Source of the DNA: an uncultured Candidatus Saccharibacteria bacterium
GTDB taxonomy: Bacteria > Patescibacteriota > Saccharimonadia > Saccharimonadales > EFPC-124
Direction: 5' to 3'
NCBI GenBank assembly: GCA_964586395.1
Contig: CAZPGP010000006.1
Location: forward strand, 1-51,508
Length of the DNA stretch: 51,508 nt
The translations under genes were made by a program, and so were the position numbers. The notes under the pieces are model-generated. The model was not told the DNA's origin. It did not search any database and saw nothing but the letters and a program-made list of their open reading frames with translations. Below are positions 42,417 to 50,672 of the stretch, in pieces. Each line of letters opens with the position of its first letter. Positions within the stretch are counted from its first letter, which is position 1.

Positions 42417-42424
42417 ATATTAGG

Positions 42425-43591
42425 TTACTCCTTGACTGTTAACACCAGTAGCTCGCGGGCAACGACTTGATCACTGCGATGATAGACCAGTGAATCATTA
42501 CCGACGTGCTTAAAACTTATCCGATTATAGCCCATTTTCTCGAGGTCGTCAACAATCTTCAGATGCAAAAACTTTCGACCATCAAACCAGGCCGGAACAG
42601 CGACGGCGCAGCGGGTGCCGGCAGCGAGCTGTTTACGGAGATTGACGAGGAATTTTGCAGTGATATCGTTGCATTCATCCATGATCTTTTGGAGCTTTTC
42701 AGGCGCTTCGAGTTCAACCATCGGCTGACCGAGATAGGTCTCGCAGGCGACGCGGTCAATGGGCTGCTGCCAAGTTGCTCGGGTGGCGTCGACTGCCTCG
42801 AGGTAGACATCGAAGTCGGTGTGGTAGGTTTGCTTGAGCCATTCGAGGTTTGCCTCAGAGAATTGCACCATTCGAGGGCTGATATCGGTGCCGTAGACGC
42901 TTGCGCCCATCAGCGCAGCTTCTTGGAGTAGGACACCGGTTCCGCAAAAGGGGTCGAGCAAGCGATCGCCAGGTCCAGTCTGGGCGAGGTTGAGCATCGT
43001 CTGGGCAAGCTTGGGCGGCAACATACCAACAAACGCGTCACGTTTTGGGCGACCAAAGTCGCGGCGAGCGTAGTCATCGATATCCTGGACATAGATCGTT
43101 TGAGCTAGGTGAGTGCGGCGTCCATCACGGATGAATAGCAGTTCGCAGCCGACATCGCTGGTTAGGCGGTTGTGGATAACCTGGGCGCTGTTGAGCTCGA
43201 GATTGGTGTTGGGGACGACGCGGACGGAGCGACCGCTGCTTTTGACGGCTTTCTTCAGCGAGAGGCCGGAGCGTTGGATACTTTTGAGGCTGACAGGCAG
43301 GTCGTAGACGCTAATGCCGAGCTTGATCTTGCCCTCTGGCATTTCGGCTAGCACCTCTTGGAGTGTCTCACCGGCAAAAGTGATCAGCGATGACCACTCA
43401 ACAGAGTCGTACGTTGCCAGCGGTTTGGCAAATTTCATCACGCTGCCCAGCAGATGAAAGGGGACGGCCTCAGCGTCGGCCGCAACCTCGGCAGCAAATT
43501 CGCCCAGAGGGAATACGCTCTCGGAGCCAAAGCGGCTTTCGAGTTCGGCAAGCCCAAAGGCTGGCTGGCGTCCAAGAATGCAAGTAATCAT
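42425..43591 (-). CDS. Class I SAM-dependent (Trm11/UPF0020-like) methyltransferase
   Basis: LLDPFCGTGVLLQEAALMG motif I, a long N-terminal non-catalytic domain, and a GTD motif. Substrate unknown. Confidence 0.6.
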   Translation of the reverse strand: MITCILGRQPAFGLAELESRFGSESVFPLGEFAAEVAADAEAVPFHLLGSVMKFAKPLATYDSVEWSSLITFAGETLQEVLAEMPEGKIKLGISVYDLPVSLKSIQRSGLSLKKAVKSSGRSVRVVPNTNLELNSAQVIHNRLTSDVGCELLFIRDGRRTHLAQTIYVQDIDDYARRDFGRPKRDAFVGMLPPKLAQTMLNLAQTGPGDRLLDPFCGTGVLLQEAALMGASVYGTDISPRMVQFSEANLEWLKQTYHTDFDVYLEAVDATRATWQQPIDRVACETYLGQPMVELEAPEKLQKIMDECNDITAKFLVNLRKQLAAGTRCAVAVPAWFDGRKFLHLKIVDDLEKMGYNRISFKHVGNDSLVYHRSDQVVARELLVLTVKE

Positions 43592-43597
43592 GAGTTC
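43589..43597 (+). repeat. Degenerate junction motif CATGAGTTC overlapping the start codon of the methyltransferase gene
   Basis: Has 2 mismatches to TATAAGTTC and lies 38 nt before the hairpin of cassette gene G. Confidence 0.3.
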
Positions 43598-43635
43598 TAG
43601 TATAACGTGTTTAATGGTTAATTCGCAGGTGATGC

Positions 43636-43672
43636 CTGGGTGCGCCCGCGGATTCCTCCGGAGCGCACCCAG
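43636..43672 (-). terminator. GC-rich hairpin downstream of cassette gene G
   Basis: CTGGGTGCGC...GCGCACCCAG, 7 nt past the stop at 43679. Confidence 0.5.
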
Positions 43673-43678
43673 TCGGCG

Positions 43679-44272
43679 TCAGTCCTCGTCCCGAATGTCG
43701 GGGATGGTGGGTTTGCGGCGAGCCCTGTCACGGAAGCGCGCCGCGATGGTGATGCCCTCTGTGGGGCGGTAGGCCAGCTCCAGGTCGCCAGTGGTCGGCA
43801 CGAGGCCTGGCGTGACGACCTTGAAGTACCAGCCGCAACGCGCGTTTCTCATCATGGCTGCGGCGGTTCCTTCGCCGCGCAGCATGTCGAGTTTGGCGCA
43901 CGGACTGCGTGGGCCGGTGACCTCCAGGAGGGCTTCACCCCAGCGCCATCGCTCGCCGATGAGTACCTCGTCCTCGGTGATCCCGTCGACCGTCAGGTTC
44001 TCGCCGAAGTCGCCGGGGACCAGGACTGTGCCCATCTCCGGCACCCACAGCGCGTAATGGTCGCGCGGGTAGACGTACACGGTCTTGTCGTTGACGGCAC
44101 CGTGCACTACGTGGTCGGCTTGCTCGTCGCCCTCCAGGCCGGTGGCGTGAAGGTAGACGTGTGTGTCGTTCACTGGCGCCTTGCGGATGCCGGAGCGGAC
44201 TTGCCTGCCACGGCGTTCGCCCAGCAGCGCCACTCGACCGGTGTTGACTGACACGATCTCCATTGTTCCCAT
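43679..44272 (-). CDS. MOSC-domain protein (YiiM-like); GC-rich cassette gene G
   Basis: Contains GLEGDEQAD, PGDFGENLTV.G, GERWRWGEALLEVTGPRSPCAKL (conserved Cys) and CGWYFKV. Start set to ATG 44272 after GGGAGAG; the TTG at 44290 is possible. Confidence 0.75.
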   Translation of the reverse strand: MGTMEIVSVNTGRVALLGERRGRQVRSGIRKAPVNDTHVYLHATGLEGDEQADHVVHGAVNDKTVYVYPRDHYALWVPEMGTVLVPGDFGENLTVDGITEDEVLIGERWRWGEALLEVTGPRSPCAKLDMLRGEGTAAAMMRNARCGWYFKVVTPGLVPTTGDLELAYRPTEGITIAARFRDRARRKPTIPDIRDED

Positions 44273-44307
44273 GCTCTCTCCCAGACTCAAGGGGACATGA
44301 CAGACTA

Positions 44308-44336
44308 TTTATAAGATAGAAATATCTTCTTGGCAA
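44308..44336 (-). promoter_or_regulatory. Sigma70-type promoter of cassette gene G
   Basis: On the minus strand: TTGCCA (44336-44331), 17-nt spacer, TATAAA (44313-44308). Confidence 0.55.
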
Positions 44337-44371
44337 CCTAGGCCGCCAGTACGATATAATGGAACGAGTTT

Positions 44372-45400
44372 ATGAAAATAAAACTCTGGATCAACATCCT
44401 CACATTTGTTGCCATTACCGTGGTGCTGATTTTTGCTCGGCACGACATCGCCCTGGCGTTCCAGAAGATGCAGCAGCTGAACCTCTGGGTTTTGGCGTTG
44501 ATGATTCCGGCGCAGTTTTTGGCATTCTACTGTGTGGGTCGCGTGTATTTTTATTTCTTCAAGGCGACTGATTCGCCATTGCCGATGAAGACACTCGTGC
44601 CAGCAGCGGTGGAGCTGAACTTCGTGAATCACGTTTTCCCAAGCGGTGGCATCTCTGGCTTTTCGTACCTGACCGTACGGCTGAAACACGAGGGCGTGTC
44701 GACCGCAAAGTCCACACTGGCTCAGCTAGTAAGGTTCTCTCTGGCGTTCATTACGTTTATCGGCCTGCTGCTTTTAGCGCTCGTGCTGCTGGCGATGGAA
44801 GACCATGTGAATCGTTTCATTATGTTAGTCGCGGCCGCGCTGACGTTTACGATTCTGTTTAGCACGCTGACGCTGACGTTTGTGATCGGCAAGCGCGAAC
44901 GCATTCGCGAGTTTACGCAGGTTATGAGCCGGGCCCTCAACAAGGTTATTCACCTCGTACGTCCGCATCACCCCGAGACGATTAACCTCAAGCGTACCGA
45001 AAAGGTCTTTAACGAACTCCACGACGACTACGAAACGTTGCGCCGCGATATCCGCAAGATGTGGCCGGTCGTGGGCTGGGCATTACTGGCGAATATCGCT
45101 GAGATTGGCGTGATTTACGTTGCGTTTGTGGCACATGGGGAATGGATTAACCCGGGCGCGTTGATAATCGCGTATGCTATCGCGACCACTGCCGGTTTGA
45201 TTGCTATTTTACCTGGTGGCCTAGGTGTATACGAGCCGTTGATGGCTGGTGTGCTGTTGAGCGCCGGTGTCCCCGGCAGCGTTGCCCTGAGCGCGACGTT
45301 GGTATCTCGCGTAGTAACGCTCGTGCTGGCACTTGGTAGTGGCTACTTCCTATATCATCGAACATTGAAAAGGTATGGAGACACTAGTCTTAAGAGTTAG
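44372..45400 (+). CDS. Polytopic membrane protein, lysyl-phosphatidylglycerol-synthase-TM/flippase-like (UPF0104)
   Basis: 342 aa with about 8 TM segments. Layout and the C-terminal GGLGVYE motif recall the LPG_synthase_TM family. Confidence 0.45.
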   Translation: MKIKLWINILTFVAITVVLIFARHDIALAFQKMQQLNLWVLALMIPAQFLAFYCVGRVYFYFFKATDSPLPMKTLVPAAVELNFVNHVFPSGGISGFSYLTVRLKHEGVSTAKSTLAQLVRFSLAFITFIGLLLLALVLLAMEDHVNRFIMLVAAALTFTILFSTLTLTFVIGKRERIREFTQVMSRALNKVIHLVRPHHPETINLKRTEKVFNELHDDYETLRRDIRKMWPVVGWALLANIAEIGVIYVAFVAHGEWINPGALIIAYAIATTAGLIAILPGGLGVYEPLMAGVLLSAGVPGSVALSATLVSRVVTLVLALGSGYFLYHRTLKRYGDTSLKS

Positions 45401-46499
45401 CGAGCTTATCGCGCTCGTCAATCAGACCCTCGAGTACGCCTACCCGAGCGTGGTTGTCGAAGGCGAAATTAGCTCGTTCAAGGTCAGCAAGGGCAAGTTC
45501 GTGTTCTTCGACCTCAAGGATGAAGAGAGCGTTGTGAGCTGCTTCATGATGGTTTACCAAATGCGCACCCCACTCGAGGACGGCATGAAGGTCAAAGTGG
45601 TTGCTAACCCCAAGCTGACAGCCTGGGGTAAATTCAGCCTGACGATTCGCGAAGTTGCGCCGGTGGGCGAGGGGAGCATCAAGCGCTCATTCCAGCTGTT
45701 GAAGGCAAAGCTCGAAAAGGAGGGTTTGTTTGATCCTGGACGTAAGCGACGCCTGCCTGCAATTCCGGAGCGCATAGCCGTGATTTCGTCGATCGAGGCT
45801 GCAGGATATGCTGACTTTGTCAAGATTCTGAACGGGCGATGGGGTGGCGTAGACGTCACCGTTGCGAACGTTGGCGTACAGGGTGCTGGTGCGAGCATTC
45901 AGATCGTCGAGGCGTTGCAACACTTCAATGAAGACGCCAACCCCGTCGATGTCATCGTGCTGGTGCGAGGTGGCGGTAGCGCCGATGACCTAGCGGTGTG
46001 GAGCGATGAACCTCTTGTGCGCGCGATTGCCGCCAGCCGTATTCCGACGCTGGTTGGCGTAGGGCACGAGGTCGACACGAGTTTGGCTGACATGGCCGCC
46101 GACGTTCGTGCTGCAACTCCGAGTAACGCCGCGCAGATCCTCGTGCCAGACCGTGAAGCGCTGATTCGAGAGCTGCATCACAAGCAGCAGCGTATGCTGA
46201 CGCGTTTGAGTGCCCGCCGCGAGCGCACGCTGCAATGGACCGAGGTAAGTGTCGAGCGAATGCTGAACCGGTTGTCGGCTGCGCTAAGCACTCAACAGCG
46301 CCACGTAGCGTACGCCCGCCAGACGCTCCGACAGCTTGACCCGAAGGTTGTCCTCGCTCGTGGCTACGCGCTTGTGCGTGACGGCAATCAGGCCATCGTA
46401 AAGGATGCACACAAGCTTAAGCCTGGAGCATCCATTGCAATCGAAACAAGTAACGTGATAATTAATGCAGGAGTAACCAATGTCCAGCCCAAAGAATGA
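45375..46499 (+). CDS. xseA: Exodeoxyribonuclease VII large subunit
   Basis: N-terminal OB fold (VSELIALVNQTLE..VVVEGEIS), VRGGGSADDL and GHEVD. Followed by xseB. Confidence 0.9.
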   Translation: METLVLRVSELIALVNQTLEYAYPSVVVEGEISSFKVSKGKFVFFDLKDEESVVSCFMMVYQMRTPLEDGMKVKVVANPKLTAWGKFSLTIREVAPVGEGSIKRSFQLLKAKLEKEGLFDPGRKRRLPAIPERIAVISSIEAAGYADFVKILNGRWGGVDVTVANVGVQGAGASIQIVEALQHFNEDANPVDVIVLVRGGGSADDLAVWSDEPLVRAIAASRIPTLVGVGHEVDTSLADMAADVRAATPSNAAQILVPDREALIRELHHKQQRMLTRLSARRERTLQWTEVSVERMLNRLSAALSTQQRHVAYARQTLRQLDPKVVLARGYALVRDGNQAIVKDAHKLKPGASIAIETSNVIINAGVTNVQPKE

Positions 46500-46692
46500 C
46501 ACACCACTGAGCGACCAGCTGAAAGATCTCGATGAGCTTATTGCATGGTTTGACCGTGACGACTTCGACCTCGACGAGGCGCTGAAGAAATTTGACGACG
46601 GCATCAAACTGACCGAGCAGATCGAAGAGCGGCTCAGCAAGCTCGAAAACAAAATCACCGTCCTTCGCGAGCGATTCGGGGAAGGTAAGTAG
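46480..46692 (+). CDS. xseB: Exodeoxyribonuclease VII small subunit
   Basis: 70-aa helical protein (LDELIAWFDRDDFDLDEALKKFDDGIKL) that overlaps the end of xseA. Confidence 0.85.
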   Translation: MSSPKNDTPLSDQLKDLDELIAWFDRDDFDLDEALKKFDDGIKLTEQIEERLSKLENKITVLRERFGEGK

Positions 46693-47186
46693 TGTTACTC
46701 CTGCTGTGGATTCTCGGCGTTGCAGTTGGGGTATTCTTTTTCTTTGTAGTCTTGCGAGGCGCGCCGTATGTGCCAACGCATAGACCCTCTGTTGAGCGGG
46801 CTCTGGATATGTTGAATGCACCTAAGGGAGCACATTTGATCGACCTCGGATCCGGTGACGGCGTATTCCTCAAGGCGGCGGCTGAACGCGGCTACAAAGT
46901 AGTCGGCTACGAGATCAATCCGTTTCTTTGCCTCATTAGCTATCTCCGCTGCTGGAAATATCGTGACCGCGTGACCGTACGCTGGCGTGACTTTTGGCTG
47001 ACTCGCATGCCCGAGGACACCGACGCAGTTTTTGTTTTCTTGGCTGGACCGTATCTCAAGAAATTGCACAAGAAGCTAACTGCGGAGCGGACGAAGCCGT
47101 TGAAGGTCGTGAGTTACGGGTTTTTGATCCCCGGGGCAGGGGAGCCGGTGAAGTCAGGTGAGGCGTTGCATCTCTATAAGTACTAA
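46692..47186 (+). CDS. Membrane-anchored class I SAM-dependent methyltransferase
   Basis: N-terminal TM segment, then GAPYVPT and LIDLGSGDGVFL (motif I). GTG start overlaps the xseB stop. Confidence 0.6.
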   Translation: MLLLLWILGVAVGVFFFFVVLRGAPYVPTHRPSVERALDMLNAPKGAHLIDLGSGDGVFLKAAAERGYKVVGYEINPFLCLISYLRCWKYRDRVTVRWRDFWLTRMPEDTDAVFVFLAGPYLKKLHKKLTAERTKPLKVVSYGFLIPGAGEPVKSGEALHLYKY

Positions 47187-47200
47187 TGCGGAACGGCACA

Positions 47201-47299
47201 GCCGGGTCTAACCTCCCGTCAAAAGTACAGTCCGCTCGCAAACAGCTCGCTGCCTTCCTCCCGGGAAGGTCGAGCTTTTTCCGAGAGGTTAGACCCGGC
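47201..47299. ncRNA. Candidate structured RNA / repeat element, copy 2
   Basis: Outer stem GCCGGGTCTAACCTC (47201-15) pairs with GAGGTTAGACCCGGC (47285-99). Core is CGCTCGCAAACAGCTCGCT (47233-51), identical to 161-179. Inner hairpin is CCTTCC-tcccg-GGAAGG, then CGAGC-TTTTT. Confidence 0.3.
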
Positions 47300-47366
47300 T
47301 CGGATCGACTGACAGAACCCCTTCCTATTTACAAAGTGCTCGTGTCTTTATTACTATGTAAGTAAT

Positions 47367-48023
47367 ATGATTCGACAAAGCGACCAACGGGGCGAAGTCA
47401 ACCCACTGCTACTGATCAGTATCGTGCTGACCATTCTAGTGTTGGGCTTGGGCTCGTTCGGTATCTGGTCATACATCAACTATACAGATCAGAAAAATAA
47501 CGTCGACCAGAAGATTTCTGCCGCCGTGGCAGACGCCAAGCGCCAGCAGACCCTGGAAGACGAAGCTAAGTTCGCAGAACGCGAGAAGCAGCCAACCCGC
47601 GTCTTTGCCGGTCCTGACGATCTCGGTCGCGTACAGATTAGCTACCCTAAGACCTGGAGCGTCTACATCGACAAGGACGGTAGCGGCAGCAACAACTACG
47701 AAGCATACTTCTCAGCCGGTGTCGTGCCTCCAATCAACAGCAAAGTTCCGTACGCTCTTCGCGTAACTGTCGAAAACAAGAGCTACGAAGACATCCTCAA
47801 GACCTATCAAGAACTCGTAAAGAAGGGCGATCTTAAGTCCAGTCCAATTACTTTGCAAGGCCAAACCGGTACTCGCCTCGATGGCAAGTTCACCAAGGAA
47901 ATCTCTGGCTCAATGGTGCTCTTCAAGGTCCGCGACAAAACCCTCGAAGTCTACACTCAGTCGCCAACATTCGTACCTGACTACGACAACATCATCTTGC
48001 CTTCACTGATCTTCAACAAGTAG
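47367..48023 (+). CDS. Membrane-anchored hypothetical protein
   Basis: 218 aa with one N-terminal TM segment and a backbone-like composition. No motif recognised. Confidence 0.5.
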   Translation: MIRQSDQRGEVNPLLLISIVLTILVLGLGSFGIWSYINYTDQKNNVDQKISAAVADAKRQQTLEDEAKFAEREKQPTRVFAGPDDLGRVQISYPKTWSVYIDKDGSGSNNYEAYFSAGVVPPINSKVPYALRVTVENKSYEDILKTYQELVKKGDLKSSPITLQGQTGTRLDGKFTKEISGSMVLFKVRDKTLEVYTQSPTFVPDYDNIILPSLIFNK

Positions 48024-48031
48024 ATAAGTTC
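48023..48031 (+). repeat. Cassette junction motif variant GATAAGTTC
   Basis: Overlaps the last base of the TAG stop of the preceding gene and lies 16 nt before the hairpin of cassette gene H. Confidence 0.55.
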
Positions 48032-48047
48032 ATAAAATTTGACGTGC

Positions 48048-48071
48048 GGGCGGCCCTCTCTGGGGCCGCCC
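48048..48071 (-). terminator. GC-rich hairpin downstream of cassette gene H
   Basis: GGGCGGCCC-tctctg-GGGCCGCCC, a perfect 9-bp stem. Confidence 0.5.
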
Positions 48072-48100
48072 GATTCTCACTTCGTCTCGGATGCTTGGGG

Positions 48101-48697
48101 TCAGCCTGACATCTTGATGTCGGCCGGGTCGACGTTGTAGCGGGCGTATACCTCCCAGGCCGCACCGGTCGTCTGTTCGCCATGGATCATCTCTGGCGAC
48201 CGACCGTCTTGCGCACGAAGTTCGATGAACTTGTACTCAGCCTGATGGTCTTGCCCCTTGGGGTAGTAGTGGATGCTGCTACCTTGCCCCATCTGGACGA
48301 ATCGGCGTGCTTGCCAGGTAAGCCCGCGTGATCCGTCGAGGGTGAACACGACATTCACCGGGACTGCCATCCAGGCCGCACGGATCTTCCCGCTTGGGTC
48401 AGAGGGATCGGCCTGGATGTAGAGCATGGTGAACTTGCCGGCATCGCCTTTGAGGCCGATGCGGTAGCACCGCCCCTGCTGCATGCCGTGCACCACGGTT
48501 TGCGATTCAACTGCATAGGCCACGCCGTCGTAGATGATACGGTGACCGCCCCTCAGCGATAGCAGCTTTTGCTCATGCGTGGCTCGCTGTGCTTCGCTGT
48601 CTTGGGAGGGCGCGGCCCTACTGGCCCATGCACCCACAACAGCGGCGAGCACAACCACGCCGACTACGAGGAGAACTGCTCTCCATGCTTCAAACAT
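48101..48697 (-). CDS. GC-rich membrane-anchored/secreted orphan protein H (198 aa)
   Basis: Start moved to ATG 48697 after GGAG; the upstream part of the listed ORF is AT-rich promoter sequence. Has an N-terminal hydrophobic segment, AVLLVVGVVVLAAVVGAWA. Confidence 0.5.
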   Translation of the reverse strand: MFEAWRAVLLVVGVVVLAAVVGAWASRAAPSQDSEAQRATHEQKLLSLRGGHRIIYDGVAYAVESQTVVHGMQQGRCYRIGLKGDAGKFTMLYIQADPSDPSGKIRAAWMAVPVNVVFTLDGSRGLTWQARRFVQMGQGSSIHYYPKGQDHQAEYKFIELRAQDGRSPEMIHGEQTTGAAWEVYARYNVDPADIKMSG

Positions 48698-48824
48698 GAC
48701 AAACTCCAGAGGAGTTGGATGGTTAGAATGCGAGAATCGAGTATTATTGTTGTATATTTTTAGCAATTAAGCAAGTAGCTTGGCTTCGTGCTACACTTGA
48801 TATAGAACAAAAGTGAGGGTATAA

Positions 48825-49547
48825 GTGGCTAACACAAGCACTTCAGAAGACTATATGCAGAGCCTGGTGGCGGCCGCACACGAACTCAAGACGCCCCTGG
48901 CGATTATTGCTCATTTGGCCTCCGCTCTCGAGGACGAATCTCTTGTCACGCCCGAATCTCGTCGCGAAAGCCTGCAGCGCATCCAGCTTTCCGCCGATCG
49001 CACCATGCGCCTTATTCAGGGTCTCACAACCAGCTATCGGCTCAACGAGCAGCAGCTCAGCCTGGCGCTCAACCTTCAGCCGGTCAACATCAGCCAAATT
49101 TGCGAAGAAGTGGCCCATGAAATCACGCCATTTGCCAAAGTCCACAACCAGACGCTTCAACTCCAACTCGGTCAGCGCTCGCAGCTGGTAGTGGGGGACA
49201 AGGAGCTGCTGCACAGCGTACTCTTTAACTTATTAGACAACGCACTGCGTCATACGCCGCCCGAAGCTGAAGTCCGCATGCATCTACGTCGTCGCAGCGA
49301 GCTCGTGCGCGTCTGCGTGCACGACAGTGGCCCCGGCATCAAAGCTTCCGACATGACGCAGCTCAAGCAACGCCTGGGCCGGCAGACCCAGCCAATCATT
49401 ACGCGTAGTAGCGGAAGCGGCCTCGGACTATACATCGCTCAGCAGCTTGCCGGTGCAATGGGCGGACGAGTGGGTGTGGGTACGGTCAAAAGCGGCGCGG
49501 ACTTTCATGTCGACTTGCTTCATTCGACGCAGCTGAGCTTCATATGA
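48825..49547 (+). CDS. Soluble histidine kinase core (HisKA + HATPase_c, no sensor or TM region)
   Basis: H-box AAHELKTPLAII, N-box LLDNALRHT, and G-boxes HDSGPGI and GSGLGLYIA. The start (GTG 48825 or ATG 48855) is uncertain. Confidence 0.8.
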   Translation: MANTSTSEDYMQSLVAAAHELKTPLAIIAHLASALEDESLVTPESRRESLQRIQLSADRTMRLIQGLTTSYRLNEQQLSLALNLQPVNISQICEEVAHEITPFAKVHNQTLQLQLGQRSQLVVGDKELLHSVLFNLLDNALRHTPPEAEVRMHLRRRSELVRVCVHDSGPGIKASDMTQLKQRLGRQTQPIITRSSGSGLGLYIAQQLAGAMGGRVGVGTVKSGADFHVDLLHSTQLSFI

Positions 49548-49924
49548 GCAAGATACTTTTAATAGAAGACGAGCCTTGGATGGGCGAATTGTATGTTCAG
49601 CTGCTGAGCCGCGAGCATGATGTGACTTGGCTTCGAGACGGCTACGAAGCCATGCAAGCCATCGACACCAGTCGACCAGATCTCGTCGTCCTCGACATGA
49701 TGCTGCCGTGGGCGAGTGGCGTGCAGGTGCTGCATGAGCTGATCAGCTACGAAGACACCGCCAGTATTCCTGTGGTCTTGTTCAGCGCAGCCCTGCCCGC
49801 AAACCTCGACGACGAGACGCTGCGGGCTTACGGCGTCGTCGAGGCACTCGATAAGACGACCGTGAAGCCTGCGCAAGTACTGCGGACGATTAACGGAGCC
49901 TTGCGCGTTCATGCAGACATTTAG
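49544..49924 (+). CDS. Single-domain response regulator (receiver only)
   Basis: KILLIEDE and DLVVLDMMLPWASG. ATGA overlap with the kinase gene. Confidence 0.8.
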   Translation: MSKILLIEDEPWMGELYVQLLSREHDVTWLRDGYEAMQAIDTSRPDLVVLDMMLPWASGVQVLHELISYEDTASIPVVLFSAALPANLDDETLRAYGVVEALDKTTVKPAQVLRTINGALRVHADI

Positions 49925-50585
49925 GACCGAAGCCATTATCCTCCGGCGCACGAACTACGGCGAAGCTGACCGTATATTGAATTTGTTAACGCCCGAGCGA
50001 GGCAAAGTGAGTGCCATTGCGAAGGGCGTTCGCAAATCCAAGAGCAAGCTCGCCGGTGGCCTGGAGCTCTTCGCGACCTGTGATGTCACGATCCTACAGG
50101 GAAAGAGCGACATGGGAACGGTCAGCTCGGCGCGCCTGGTGAAATTTTACGGCGATATCCTGAAGGACTATGACCGCATGCAGCTGGCATATGAGCTTAT
50201 CAAGATGACAAACCGTGCAGCAGAGATGGTCGGCGAATCTGAGTTTTATTATCTGCTCCGCGACGGTATGGTGTATCTGAACGAGCTAACTGTTGACTAT
50301 CGCATTGTGGAGCTGTGGTTTCGGTTGCGCTATGCGTCGGCTCTGGGTGTGGGGCTTAACCTCGCCGCAACGGCACAGGGCGAACAGCTAAAGGCGGATG
50401 AGCGGTATAACTTTGATTTCGGCGATATGGCGTTTGGGCCGCATCCGAGCGGGCGATTTGGTTCGGAACATATCAAGCTGCTGCGGTTGGCGCACGCCAA
50501 AGATCCTGCCATCTTGCGGCAGGTGAGCGGTCTGAACGATGTGCTGGATGATTGCTTGTGGCTGGTCCGAGCACTTAATCAATAA
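49911..50585 (+). CDS. recO: DNA repair protein RecO
   Basis: Contains TEAIILRRTNYGEADRILNLLTPERGKVSAIAKGVRKSKSK (OB fold). Confidence 0.8.
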   Translation: MQTFRTEAIILRRTNYGEADRILNLLTPERGKVSAIAKGVRKSKSKLAGGLELFATCDVTILQGKSDMGTVSSARLVKFYGDILKDYDRMQLAYELIKMTNRAAEMVGESEFYYLLRDGMVYLNELTVDYRIVELWFRLRYASALGVGLNLAATAQGEQLKADERYNFDFGDMAFGPHPSGRFGSEHIKLLRLAHAKDPAILRQVSGLNDVLDDCLWLVRALNQ

Positions 50586-50593
50586 ATAATTTC
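50585..50593 (+). repeat. Degenerate junction motif AATAATTTC abutting the recO stop codon
   Basis: Has 2 mismatches to TATAAGTTC and lies 19 nt before the hairpin of cassette gene I. Confidence 0.3.
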
Positions 50594-50612
50594 AATTAGA
50601 GTCTCCGTGCCA

Positions 50613-50651
50613 GCCGACACCGCCGCCCAGGTTCTGGGCAGGGGTGTCGGC
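50613..50651 (-). terminator. GC-rich hairpin downstream of cassette gene I
   Basis: GCCGACACC.CC.CCCAG-gtt-CTGGG..GG.GGTGTCGGC. Confidence 0.5.
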
Positions 50652-50672
50652 CGACTTGAGAGAGGTTTCCCT

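Noticed and set aside
47201-47299. SRP (4.5S) RNA identity for the structured elements, because of the CCGGGAAGG / GGAAGGCAGC-like strings
   Set aside because: Neither strand reproduces the domain IV symmetric and asymmetric loops or a GNRA-closed helix 8. The loop here is a pentaloop or heptaloop, and the flanking pairing differs. There are also two copies.
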